From the NCBI GenBank assembly GCA_964016885.1, contig OZ024747.1, forward strand, positions 78,988,001 through 79,052,000: a stretch of 64,000 nt of DNA. The letters run 5' to 3'. This DNA is from Eledone cirrhosa. Taxonomy: Eukaryota. Of the stretch, positions 13,901-25,626 are shown piece after piece. The notes below the pieces were generated by a model. That model worked only from the letters and a program-made list of their open reading frames with translations. It searched no databases and was not told the origin of the DNA. Each line of letters opens with the position of its first letter. Within the stretch, counting starts at the first letter, position 1. The translations under genes were made by a program, and so were the position numbers.

Positions 13901-14054
13901 GAAACAAACTTAATTCCAACCTTTTTTATTCCATCATGTTTGATTGAAATACAATTAAAAAAAAACAGTTCAGTAGTTTACAACAATTTAGAGAGAGAGT
14001 GTGTGTGGGGGGGGGGGGGGGGGTGAGGACAGAATCCATAAATAACTAATGTTA

Positions 14055-14252
14055 ATAATTGTTTCTACTTTTGGCACAAGGCCAGCAATTATCCCAGTGT
14101 ATTACTGGTACTTTATTTTATTGACCCCGTAAGGATGAAAGGCAAAGTTAACCTTGGCGGGATTTGAACTCAGAATGGCAAGGGCCCTAACTCTATGTGG
14201 AAAAGCAATAGCGTCCAACCCTCTACCGATACTTCCAATCCACCGCCCTGCT
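14055..14252 (-). mobile_element. Nin/Deu-domain tRNA SINE, short-tail subfamily
   Basis: B-box-like gagttcaaatcc, then gcctttcatccttacggggtcaataaaataaagtaccag; shares a tail deletion with the copy at 25.9 kb. Confidence 0.85.
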
Positions 14253-14399
14253 AATAATGATTGTAGTGAACATATGTCATTATAATCATCCTCATCGACA
14301 CTTAACATTTTTTTCCATGCTGGGATAGGCAGCCTGCAATTTGTGAGTGTAACAACACCATTCCAGAGAATGCAAGTTATATTGAGATGTGAGACATTA

Positions 14400-14555
14400 A
14401 AAAGCTTCTGCAGTTACTGTGTACCAAATTCCACTCACAGAACATTGATCAACCTTAGTCTATAGGAGAAGACATTTACTTGAGATGCCACACAGTGGGA
14501 TTGAACCCAAAATCACATGGTTGGGGAGTGAATGTCTTAACCACACAGCCATGCT
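14400..14555 (-). mobile_element. CORE-type tRNA SINE
   Basis: Minus strand gcatggctgtgtggttaagac...gggttcaatcccactgtgtggcatctcaagtaaatgtcttctcctatag with A- and B-box-like motifs. Confidence 0.75.
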
Positions 14556-15499
14556 TTGCACATGAACAAAAATTATCAATGGAAAATCCCCAACTAAAAG
14601 AAAGAAAAAAAATGACATAAAAAGTGCAGTAGATAACAAAGATTTATTTAATATCTTCTCAGTCATCAATATTGCACAGACTTTAGTCTCACATTGAATA
14701 AGGAACAACAATATACAGAAGCTCTGCAGCTTTTATAACAGTAAAATACTGTTACCTACACATGAAAACAAATTCCTTAACTTTTCACAGCACAAAGTCA
14801 GTTCTGATCAAGTTACACTGTGAATCTCAGCACAAACCTTCATCTCAATTGAAAATCATGATCATCATCACCATTTAATATCTATTTTGCCACCTTACAT
14901 AGGTTAGGTGGTTGTCATGTTGGAAGACTAGACTGGTCAGGTACCACATCTTGCTTGTTCATTCCAATTTTGACTTGGTTTCTATGGCTGACCACTTTAC
15001 ATGTACTGGAAGCATTTTATTGTGACTCTAGCATTATCACCTTACATGGTGGACGGGATGCTTTTTGTTGTGGTACCAGCACTACTGCCCTAAAGTGCAG
15101 ATTAGGTGCTTTTTATTATAACACCAACACTATCATATTACACGGTGGGATGGGCTGAGTGCATTTTTATCGAGGCACCAGTACTCTTGAAGAACTGGTA
15201 GGAGTGGGAGGAGGGGGAGGTCATATCCCCATAGGAAGAGAAGCGTCAGGCTATGGAATGAAAAAATTAAAATGAAAATTGTTGTATACACCTATGTAGG
15301 TTTACCTGTTCTCCTATAATGTTGCACCTCATAGAAGATGTCTTGGGTGCTTTATTGATAGGGAGATAGGGCCAAAATGTAAAGAGAGGCAAACTTGAAT
15401 TACTCTGTCAGACTCTTGGTGATACAAGTATAAAAAATATTGACAAACTGTGAGACTTATTCAAGTGTAAAGGCAACAAGCAGTTATATAAAGACAATA

Positions 15500-16510
15500 A
15501 AAACTTACTTAAGAACCTGAAGAACTCTGCAAGAACAGGAAAATAATGAAAATATTGTAATTTGTACAAGTGATAAGAGCAACCTGTTTGTTATTATGGA
15601 TAAAGATGAATATATTACAAAAATAAATTATATACTACATGACAACAGCAAATTTATCAAAATTAAGATAATACTGTTCAACTAAAAATCAAACTCAACA
15701 AATCAATTACTGCTGCAAACATTCAAATAGGATTTATCCCTTTCCGTTAGATAGGAGAGTTTAGCCTAGCATATATCTACGGCACTGTTAAGATGCACAA
15801 ACAAAAAACCCTCTCCAACCCATAAATTCCCAAATCAATACACCCACATAAAATTGCCAAATGACTGAATAGTATTATAAATATATACCAGAGCAATACA
15901 GTATTTGTTCATCGGATGGATTCCAAGAAATTCTACAGAAAACCAACAAAGTTGGCAACATTTTCGCCATCTCTACTTAACTTTTTTACCAGCAATAGAA
16001 ATTATAAATATAGTATTAGATAATGTACACATACACATAATAAAACCACATTAATAGACAAAAGCACATCCTTAAAAAGTTCCTATTGGCTACACTACTG
16101 AAATGCCTTTCTGCTGTCCACAAAGCAATCTAGGCACCCAGATATGGGTTGTTTACTCAGGCCCACATTTATGGCTATTGTGGACAACAAAATTGTTCCT
16201 AAACAACATTAACTATATTAGATGTGTTAATACCATATTTATTGTAACAGATACATATGAATAGGCTAATATATTTAAAGATGATCTCAAAAATATATCC
16301 AAAATAACTCAACCATAAATTATTAGTCATAAATCTAAAAATAGATATAGCATAATGTACGTAAACAATACACACAGCAGCTAGTTTACACAAAAACACA
16401 AAAATGCCGATACAGGAAAGAAAATAGCAAGTACCCCATAGATATAATGCATCTGTAATAAAATCCCTCTTTAGACAAGCTTTTAAGTTTTTGTCTACAA
16501 AAGAAGCTAT
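15500..16510 (+). pseudogene. Heavily decayed Penelope-like element RT
   Basis: Fragments NENIVICTSDKSNLFVIMDKDEYITKINYILHDNSKF, LAYIYGTVKMHK and PHRYNASVIKSLFRQAF match the PLE DKG, YGxxKxHK and thumb motifs; many stops and frameshifts. Confidence 0.8.
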
Positions 16511-16810
16511 AACCCATTTCATACCAACCCACCCCAAATCATCTCTGGTTCTATAAAACAAACCCTCCTATTTTAAAGAGTTTCTATTTAAATTAAAACT
16601 TCCAACATATCTTTACTTTTGTTATGTTACAAATATCATCTTAATAATAAAATAAATACCATCTTAAAGTAAATCCTTTCAAATTCTTCAATAACTAATT
16701 CCAATGTAGCGTATTTCAGTAGAAATACAGTAATAAGAGGATTAAATAAGAAAATCTTACATTTAAAACTAAAATCAGTTCATAACAGTTACCTGAAGAG
16801 ATTAGCAGAG

Positions 16811-17240
16811 CATACCATAGTACCAGTCATAGCATAGTACCAGTCATACTATAGTGCCAGTCATACCATAGATCCAGTCATACCACAGTACCAGTCATAC
16901 CATAGATCCAGTCATACCACAGTACCAGTCATACCATATTGCCAGTCACACCATAGTGCCAGTCATACCATAGTGCCAGTCACACCACAGTACCAGTCAC
17001 ACCACAGTACCAGTCACACCACAGTACCAGTCACACCACAGTACCAGTCATACCATATTGCCAGTCACACCACAGTACCAGTCACACCACAGTACCAGTC
17101 ACACCACAGTACCAGTCACACCACAGTACCAGTCACACCACAGTACCAGTCACACCACAATACCAGTCACACCACAGTACCAGTCACACCACAGTACCAG
17201 TCATACCATAGTACTAGTCATACCATAGTACCAGTCATAC
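16811..17240. repeat. 17-bp minisatellite, about 25 copies
   Basis: Unit accagtca(c/t)acca(c/t)agt; accounts for the periodic ORF 16973..17245. Confidence 0.95.
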
Positions 17241-18487
17241 ACTGAGGTTGATTTAATCAACTTTACCTTTCCTCCCAAATTAGCTGTTTTTGTGCCTAAA
17301 TTAGAAATCAACACACACACAACATAACATAATTGTTTTCATTTTAATGTACATATCGTGCTTACAATATGACTACTTTTATACATATATTCATTCCTCT
17401 CTCTATCTATGTATATATTTATCTATCTATTTATTGCATACACACACATATATACATATATATATATTACACGATCGAACTGGAGAAATAAAATAAAATA
17501 TTTTTAATAACACCTATCATCAGTAGAGAAGTCCATCTGATTGTGTTCATTTATCGGCTATAAAATTAATTGAATGTATATATATAATAGGACGGAGGAC
17601 TGTTTCTCAAGCAACACTGTTCTAGAGGTAGTAATAGCATTATAATGATGTTGATGGGGAATTGTCAAGTAAAGAGAAACAAATCAAAAGAAAATGTCTA
17701 CTAAGTCCACTAACTTGAATATAATGAATATAAAAATGACTTGCCACTGTTGAAGGCTTAGGGCAAGGTAGAGGAACAGCCATTAGAGCTAGTGCCAAGT
17801 GTCTAACAGAAGTTGAACTGCTGCAAGTAGAATTGTGTGTGCCAGCCCCTGGTTGCCATGGTACAATGGCCAAGAATATCAGCAATCACAAGACCACTTC
17901 ACTGTATATAATCAAAGACATTTTCCTCTCAACAAGCAAGTTGCTGTTATTTAGAAAAGCCATCCCTCGAGCAACAAGTGTGTGTGAAAGTGTGTGCTGT
18001 GTGTATGTGTGTGTACACACACGTATGTGTGGATGACATACAATACAAATGTTTCAGAACAGTAGAAATATACTGGATTTACTTGCCATTAGTTAAGCTG
18101 CCATTAAATAAAGGATTTAACCTACATTCTTATATATTCTCAACACAAAACAACAAATCCGTTTGATTAAACACACACACCGCATGCACACGTGTACAAG
18201 CATACATATGCAGGATTCATTCAATTTACTCAGTATGGACAGCCAAAAGAAAGCAACGCAAGAAATACATTTAAAGATAATATAACCATTATTCAAGTCA
18301 GTGTTCTGTATTTAAACAAAATTCAAGATTATCTTAAAGCATTCCTTTTGAGTTTAGCATCATTCATTTAAGTGAAACTTATTAATTAGCTAATCAACTC
18401 ACACACATATATACACATGCACATACACACATATATATATATATACATGCACATATACATATATTATATATATGTATATACACATAC

Positions 18488-19910
18488 ATCATCATCACCG
18501 TTTGATGTCTGTTTTCCATACTAACATAGTTCGGAGTCACTGTCTTCACAGATGTGCTAAAGGCTACATCTTGCTTATGTAACTTCCTACACTGTACAGA
18601 ATGTACTGGGTGCATTTTATCACAACAGCAGCACTAGGAAAGCTGCTGTGCTCTTGATACAACCGAAGATACAGGTACAGGTTTTCAATGGCTGTTTTCC
18701 CTTCATAACAGAAACCACTTTACAGAATGTACTAGCTGCATTTTTCATGACACAGGCCTTAGAGAGGGAAAGATGGTTAGTCCTAAGTCAGGCATGTTTA
18801 GGGGTGAAAATAGGGCAGGTGTAAGAAATATGATCAGAATGATGTCATGGGTATGAAACAACAGATGAGGAGATAAGGGAACATGACAAGAATAATGCCA
18901 TGGGTGTATGACAAGTGTGGTAGGATTTAAGATGATGATGTGAAGGAGAAAAGAGACAAGAAAGTATGATGTCATTGGTGTATGGCAAAAGAAGGGGTAT
19001 AGTGTAATGATAATGGTTACTAAAGAATGATGGTGGAGTAAATTGTGACCAGAGGATGCCTAGAATAGAAGAAAGGATATATATATAGCAGGAATGGTGG
19101 AGTTTTTAGAGGTGTATAGGGTATCATGATTTATACTAGTAGGGGTGTCTTCTCCAGTCCCATGTGTCACCAATCTTTATGGTGTTTTATCATTGTTGTC
19201 ATGAGGCTCAGCTTCCTAAAGTCACTACTTTATCCCATGTCTTCCTTGGTCTACCCCTTCTAGTCTCATCCACTGAGATTTCACTGCACTTCTTTATATA
19301 GTTGTCATTTTCCATATAAATCACACATCCATATAAATGCAGTTTTCTCTCTTGCAAATTCCATCCAATTCCTCTTATACCTAGTTTTTTCTCAGTTTAA
19401 TTATGCTATGGCATTCAAACACACTAACATTACACGTCAACTGAAGCATACTCACTTCATTTCTTTCTAACCTTTTCAGATTTTCTGCTGTCAAGGCTCA
19501 TTGACATGTAGCATCACAGTTAGCCTGCAAGCATGCTGATTAGGTCACCTAGGTAGCAAAAGCTGTCCAAAACTTCTAAGGTGTCTCCCTGGCAATTGAG
19601 AGAGTCTATTTGTGCACTTAGTGCTTGCTATCCTGTGCACCCTGCTATCCTTTTTTGTTAACTTGCCTGTAATCCCACTAATATCTCTTGTGTGTCTATT
19701 TGTTACACTGTGTGCATCAAACAAAGCTACTTCTCCAACAGTATAGTGTTCCTGTTGTCTTTCCTACTTATCAGTTATTTGCTAGGTCTAGGATTTACCT
19801 CTAACTCTTTCATGGCTTTAGCTATAAAGACTAGCTTCACTAGATCATTAGCATAAGCAGTTCCTAAACTCCTCTGTTATGGCCTGGAGAACAATGATAA
19901 ACTGAGTCCT
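18488..19910 (-). mobile_element. Decayed RTE LINE (RT end, 3' UTR, GAT tail)
   Basis: Minus strand encodes IIVLQAITEEFR and a YADDL-like YANDLV near 19850, GRPRKTWD near 19240, and ends in a gatgatgatg tail at 18488. Confidence 0.7.
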
Positions 19911-21084
19911 GGAAAATGGATGTTCAATGATGATGATGATAATGATGATATAGCAATGAGACACTGTATTTTGTTTTAATCTAGATAGAAATTCGCACAA
20001 AGGTGTGTGTAACTTTCTACTATAGATACTACCAACACCACTTATGTCTCATACTGTAAAGTATAATTCCTATCTTCTTTACAGTTTCAGTCACCATTAG
20101 AGACATGTCAGTTGTGCATTTCTTCACCCACTCAACCAACTCTATTTCCAGCTTTGGTTTTCCACTTCTTTGATTTCAGTATGAAAGACACACCCTATGA
20201 TTTTCAAGTGTTTTCGAGATTAATCCATATTTGGAAAAGATTTAGCAATATAACTAATAAGATGGTTTTTAGAAAATAACATAACCAAATTTCTTACAGA
20301 AAATTATGATAGAAGGCTTTAGATAAATATAGATGTTAAATATGGTTTGGTATCAAAGAGGTTTTTGTGCCAGAGTTGGATATTGGGATATTGAACTCAG
20401 AAAATCCCAAATGATAACCAGCTACTCAGTTACCATTTCCCTCTGCATACAAGACTGCCTCCAATTTCTCTGCACTTGAGTATTATGCTTGTTTCGATAC
20501 TATGGCCAAGTGTATGAAATAAACCTGTTCATTTATGAACTACTTATTTTCACCAGTGAACAATAAATAATTCTTGTATAATACAACCATGTGTGCCTCA
20601 ATGTATAATTTCAAATTAAGTTGATATTAAATTAAATAAATTGTCATGATTAAAATTAAATCAATTTTCTAGAAAAAACAAAAACTGATCATATTAAATT
20701 AACAGCAATAGCACTTTTACAGCCAATACTAGAATTTCAAAGGTCACATTCAAATTTGCTTTTTGTTTCATTTAGGATATGTGAACTTTAACTGGTAGTA
20801 ATGCAAATATGGTTTCATTCAGTATTGTATTCAGTAATTATATGATGAAACATTCATTTTTCCTTTATGACATGGCCTGCCCTTGTGATTAAAATAACAC
20901 TTTACTTTGCAATCCAGAACACCTCATACCCCTGACTCCTCATTTTAGAACATTGGCAAATATCTTGCTTTTCACTTCTCTCCAATCTATTATAAACCTT
21001 ATGTCTGGATTCTCTTCTAGCAAATTAATATTCTTCTTTACTACCCACTTCCATTTTCTCTTGGTCTATCTTTACACACACAGA

Positions 21085-21123
<39 letters not shown>

Positions 21124-21128
<5 letters not shown>

Positions 21129-21284
21129 GTGGTTACACAACAGTTAGTTCACCATACCGAGAACAATTGTTTCACCTTAGCGGATCCTCAGCTCGTATAA
21201 CCATGTCCATTATGAGCTGAGGATCCGCTAAGGTGAAACAATTGTTCTCGGTATGGTGAACTAACTGTTGTGTAACCACTTCTA
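21124..21284. ncRNA. Perfect 71-bp inverted repeat; each arm carries a minimal type I hammerhead ribozyme motif
   Basis: Arms 21124-21194 and 21214-21284, 19-nt spacer; core gag-CTGAGGA-tccgctaaggt-GAAA-caattg-TT-ctc with palindromic CAATTG in stem III; flanked by (TA)n. Confidence 0.8.
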
Positions 21285-21381
21285 CCTAACTCGTCCCATG
21301 GACTGAATGCTCTACCACTACGGATATTCCCTTCCAGTGTTCTACCACTATATATATATATATATATATTTATTGTATAGG

Positions 21382-21432
21382 AGCTTCTACAGGACTAGAA
21401 CTGTTTCATTCAGATGAAATCTTCAGGAAGCT
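21382..21432 (-). ncRNA. Type I hammerhead ribozyme motif
   Basis: Minus strand agcttc-CTGAAGA-t ttca tc tgaa t-GAAA-cag ttctagtc ctg-TA-gaagct: 6-bp stem I, 4-bp stem II, stem III and GUA cleavage triplet; followed by AATAAA and (TA)n. Confidence 0.85.
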
Positions 21433-21928
21433 GGGTGTCATATTAAGTTCTGGTATTTATACATTTAGGTAGTGGTGAGGGAGGGGTGGTAGTTGGGGGG
21501 TAGGTTGGTATTTAGATACACAGGACCATAACATGGCACAGACGTTTTTTCTTTGGGGAGTTGTCAATTAGTCAGAGTGCTTTTGTAAAATAAAAAGAGA
21601 AAGAAAAAGAAAAAGAAAAAGAAAAAGAAAAAGAAAAAGAAAAAGAAAAAGTAAATAAATAAATAAATAAATAATAAAAATAAATAAAACCCCAAGAATA
21701 GTAATTCAACATATATAGTAGGGAATTTTTTTTAGGTGGGTTGGTATTAGAAGATAAACAAGACCAAATCATGGCACAGACCATTGTTCTAAGGTGAGTG
21801 GTCAGGTTAACATACAAGCTACAGGTGGCCAGAGTGTTTTTGTAGAATGAAAAGAATAAAATATATTTACATACTCACAACCACATACATAAACACTTAC
21901 ACACACATATATATGTATATCTATACAT

Positions 21929-22570
21929 ATGGTGGCTGCCAACTCGTTTTCGAGTACGGCCACTACTTTACATCCATGTAGGATAACCCCTACCGAAGCG
22001 CTGAACGAGTGTGACTTTTTAGTCCAGCCAGCGACTTGAAACCTCTGGTACAAACACTACACCTGTGACAATCATTGACACATAGTGCTAGGCCCATGGT
22101 AGGACAATTATTGACACATAGTGCTGGGCCCATGTGAGGACAAGTGCAGAGAGATCTCCAGATATAAAGCAATGCCTGTGCCGTGAAGCTTTTATAGTGA
22201 GCAAAGGCACTGCACAAAGCCAGTCCCACTCTCTTAACCAAGATGCTATTTACCAAAAAGAAGAACAAGTCAACATCATTGGATACCATCAGGGTTGCAG
22301 GTGTTATATCAGAGTTTTCCTTCTCCTAGAATTCTGCCTTGACTAAGGCTAAAGGGGTCATCTCTCCCGGTGATTTTGGATGGCCATTGACTCTTAAGAG
22401 CTCCTTTGCCCTTTGACAGGTTTTGTTTTTAGTCCTGCAGGATGTCCAAAGTCACCCTCCTCACCAAGAAACCTTGGTGGGGTTGCCAGTTTAGTCGCCA
22501 ACGACCCGACCATGAGACAGGTTGTACTGGGATACATGTTACCAGTAGCACCAACTGGTGACCTGACATG
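21929..22570 (-). mobile_element. Short non-autonomous RTE-like element, copy 1 (structured 5' part plus terminal zinc-finger 3' part)
   Basis: Encodes only [20 protein letters not shown] near the 3' end; no RT; embedded in TA/CA microsatellite; homologous to copy 2. Confidence 0.7.
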
Positions 22571-22751
22571 TATATATATATACATATATATATATATATA
22601 CACACACAAAAAAGCACATACACACACATATACACACACATACACATACACACACATATATACATACACATATATATATATACATATATATATATTCATA
22701 TATATATATATATATATAGAGATATACATATATATATATATATATACATAT

Positions 22752-23334
22752 ATGGTGGCTGCCAACTCGTTTTCGAGTACGGCCACTACTTTATATCCAT
22801 GTAGGAGGACCCCTACCGATGCGCTGAACGAGTGTGACTTTTCAGTCCGGCCAGCGACTTGAAAACTTTGGTACAAACACTACACATGTGACAATTATTG
22901 ACACATAGTGCTGGGCCCATGGTACCATGTGACGACAAGTGCAGAGAGATCTCCAGATATAAAGCAATGCCTGTGTGCCGTGAAGTTTTTATAGTGAGCA
23001 AAGGCACTGCACAAAGCCAGTCCCACTCTCTTAACCAAGATGATATTTACCAAAAAGAAGAACAAGTCAACATCATTGGATATCATCAGGGTTGCAGGTG
23101 TGATATCAGAGTTTTCCTTCTCCTAGAATTCTGCCTTGACAAAGGCTAAGGGGTCATCTCTCCCGGTGATTTTGGATGGCCATTGACTCTTAAGAGCTCC
23201 TTTGCCCTTTGACAGGTTTTGTTTTTAGTCCTGCAGGATGTCCAAAGTCACCCTCCTCACCAAGAAACCTTGGTGGGGTTGCCAGTTTAGTCGCCAACGA
23301 CCCGACCATGGGACAGGTTGTACTGGGATACATG
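22752..23334 (-). mobile_element. Short non-autonomous RTE-like element, copy 2
   Basis: [23 protein letters not shown] (C2H2-like); about 35 nt shorter at the 5' end than copy 1; flanked by TA/CA microsatellite. Confidence 0.7.
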
Positions 23335-23800
23335 CATACACATATATATATATATACATGTATGTATGTCTCTCCATATAAACTATTCTATACATACATA
23401 TACATACATATACACACATACATACACACACACAAACACACATATATATATATGCATATACACATATATACACATACACACATACAAATACATACACATA
23501 TACACATCTACACATACACGCACTCGTTCACACACATATATGTATTTATATATATTGGGAAAAAGTAGTGGGACAAATTATAAACTGAGCCTGATAAAAG
23601 ATTAAAATATTTATTATCACTACTAAATTATTAATATTATCATCAAGTAAATAATTACTATTTATCATTTATTATTTACCATTCACTATTTATTACCTAT
23701 CTTTTATCTTTTATCTATTCATTATTTAATCATTCACTTATTAAATAATAAATAAATGAATTAACCAACAAACAAACAAACAGATAAACAAATAAACAAA

Positions 23801-23835
<35 letters not shown>

Positions 23836-23865
23836 GTAAATAAATAAATAAATAAATAAATAAAT

Positions 23866-25582
23866 CTCGAACGTGTGCTGGCAGCAGTTCATAACTGCAC
23901 GAATGCAAGCATGAGCAGATATATACGTGAATGTGTGTGTGCGGCCACGGAACCTTACTCAGAGGCATACAACACAATATAAGACCTGGAGGGGAGGAAA
24001 GAAGGTAATAATGAGAGATGGAGGAGAGGAAAGAAGGTAATAATGAGAGAAGGAGGGACGGAAGTGGGATGGGGGACGGGGGTGGGGTGGTGATATGGGG
24101 GGGGGGGTCTGTAGTTTTTGTAATTTGCATAGTTCTTGTGCATGCAATTAGGGGAGTGTTCCGAGATCTTGTTGAGGAGAGGGCCTTTGGCGAATAGAAT
24201 CTCATAGCTCTCGGAGATACAGAGGTCACAGCAATTATGGCCTCCCGTGTAAGATCGCGCTCTCTGGAGTAGTCTCCATTGGGTCTTGAAGGGGATGGAG
24301 TTCCTTTTAAGGTGCCAGATGTGGGCGGCGAGTGTTGTTTGGTTAGATTTGTCTGGGCGCCGGAACGAATGTGTGTGGGCGTACCAGCGAGTCTTAAAAC
24401 TGTTAGAAGTCATCCCGATGTACGAGTTTCTTTTTTCATCGAGGCCTGAGAGTACATCGCATATATAGACGAGATCTTTTTTTAGACAGTTGTTGTTGAG
24501 GGGGCAAGTAGTCTTATCAGGGCAATTGCCATCGGTTGCTGGATGGGCTTCGGAAAAAGTAGACTTATTTAGCTTATTGACGTTATTGTTGGCTAAGTTC
24601 CTAGCTAGATTAGGTGTGGTAGAGTAGGAGAGTCTGATGGTATTCTTATTAAGGATTGTATAGTACCTATGTTGAGTGGGGAAGTGTTTTTGTAAAAGAG
24701 TGAAGAAAATTTTAGCTACAGGTGTTGAAACTTCGCGGTTGAAGGGGGGGTTGTACCAGCTAATGTGCCTTCGCCTATTCTTCCTGGGTGGGCGTGGGGC
24801 TATACTAAGGTAGGTGATCTTATCTCTAAAGCCACTGCGGGCCAGGGCCTTGTTGTAATAGGGGGCTGCTGCTCTAAAGATATCTTCATTGGCGGCGAGG
24901 CTGGATATCCTAATGGAGACACTTTTCACTAGGTTGTCTAATATATTTTTGGGGTGGTTAGAATTAACGTCTATTTATCTAAGGGATTCATTAGGTTTGT
25001 GGTACGGGTAGTAAAGGGAAGTTTCTAAGTCGAGGGTAACGTCTAGGAAGTTAGCTTTAGTTAAGTTCAAATCTAAGGTAATCCTAAGGCCTAAGTTTTT
25101 AAAGAAGGTGTAAAGGTTTTTCCTGAACCCATCCGTGGTCCTGGGGTTGATTTTGTGGAGGGCAAAGAGGCTGTCATCTCGGTAGAGACCGCCGGAGAGG
25201 CCTGTGAAGAGGGTCTTCAACCTGTGGAGGATGAACAGACCCACACGGTCACTTATTTCAGCCGAGTCGCTAGCACCCATGCTAACGTCGAAGGGGGTCT
25301 CAGATTTTTTGTTGATCCAGTGGGATCTGTCATGGTAAAGAAGTCTTACGTGCATGGAGGATCACATCCTGCTCGGCTTCGGTGATGGTGGTAAAGTTCC
25401 TGGCGAAGTTAATCGCGTCAATCAGCAGGCTCTCTGATATGGAGGCGTAGTAGTCCTCGATGTCTAGCTGCAGGAAACGGGTGTTGCATTTGTCGGGCAA
25501 ATCCCGGAACCATGTGATTGCCTCGGATGTCCTATTCCAGAGTGGGAGGGGTGAGGCAGCACGTAGTCTAGGTAGAATCCTG
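23866..25582 (-). mobile_element. Young 5'-truncated Penelope-like retroelement (RT plus C-terminal GIY-YIG endonuclease)
   Basis: Reconstructed frame FLQLDIEDYYASI...HARKT/LLYH (frameshift near 25345)...FDVSMGASDSAE...GLYRDD...NFLDVTLDL...SLR*IDVNSNHP (stop at 24975-24977)...CPLNNNC...LVY...YIGMT...FKTRWYAH...HIW...CDLCISE...LLN; (TA)n at the 5' junction and (TTTA)n at the 3' junction. Confidence 0.95.
23955..24929 (-). pseudogene. Penelope ORF 3' segment: RT thumb, Cys-rich linker and GIY-YIG endonuclease
   Basis: 324-aa ORF with WYNPPF, LVY...YIG, conserved R, H, E and N; continues upstream through one stop and one frameshift. Confidence 0.92.
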
Positions 25583-25626
25583 TATATATATATATATACA
25601 TATCATGTTTAATATAGAAATGGCTT

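Noticed and set aside
22394-23605. Several 80-160 aa ORFs rich in Y/I/H/T or C/V/M
   Set aside because: They are read-throughs of TA/CA microsatellites and adjacent repeat sequence.
24975-24977. Recoded stop (selenocysteine, as in some Naiad PLEs)
   Set aside because: The stop is TAA at a position expected to be Tyr, and the endonuclease is C-terminal; this is an ordinary nonsense mutation.
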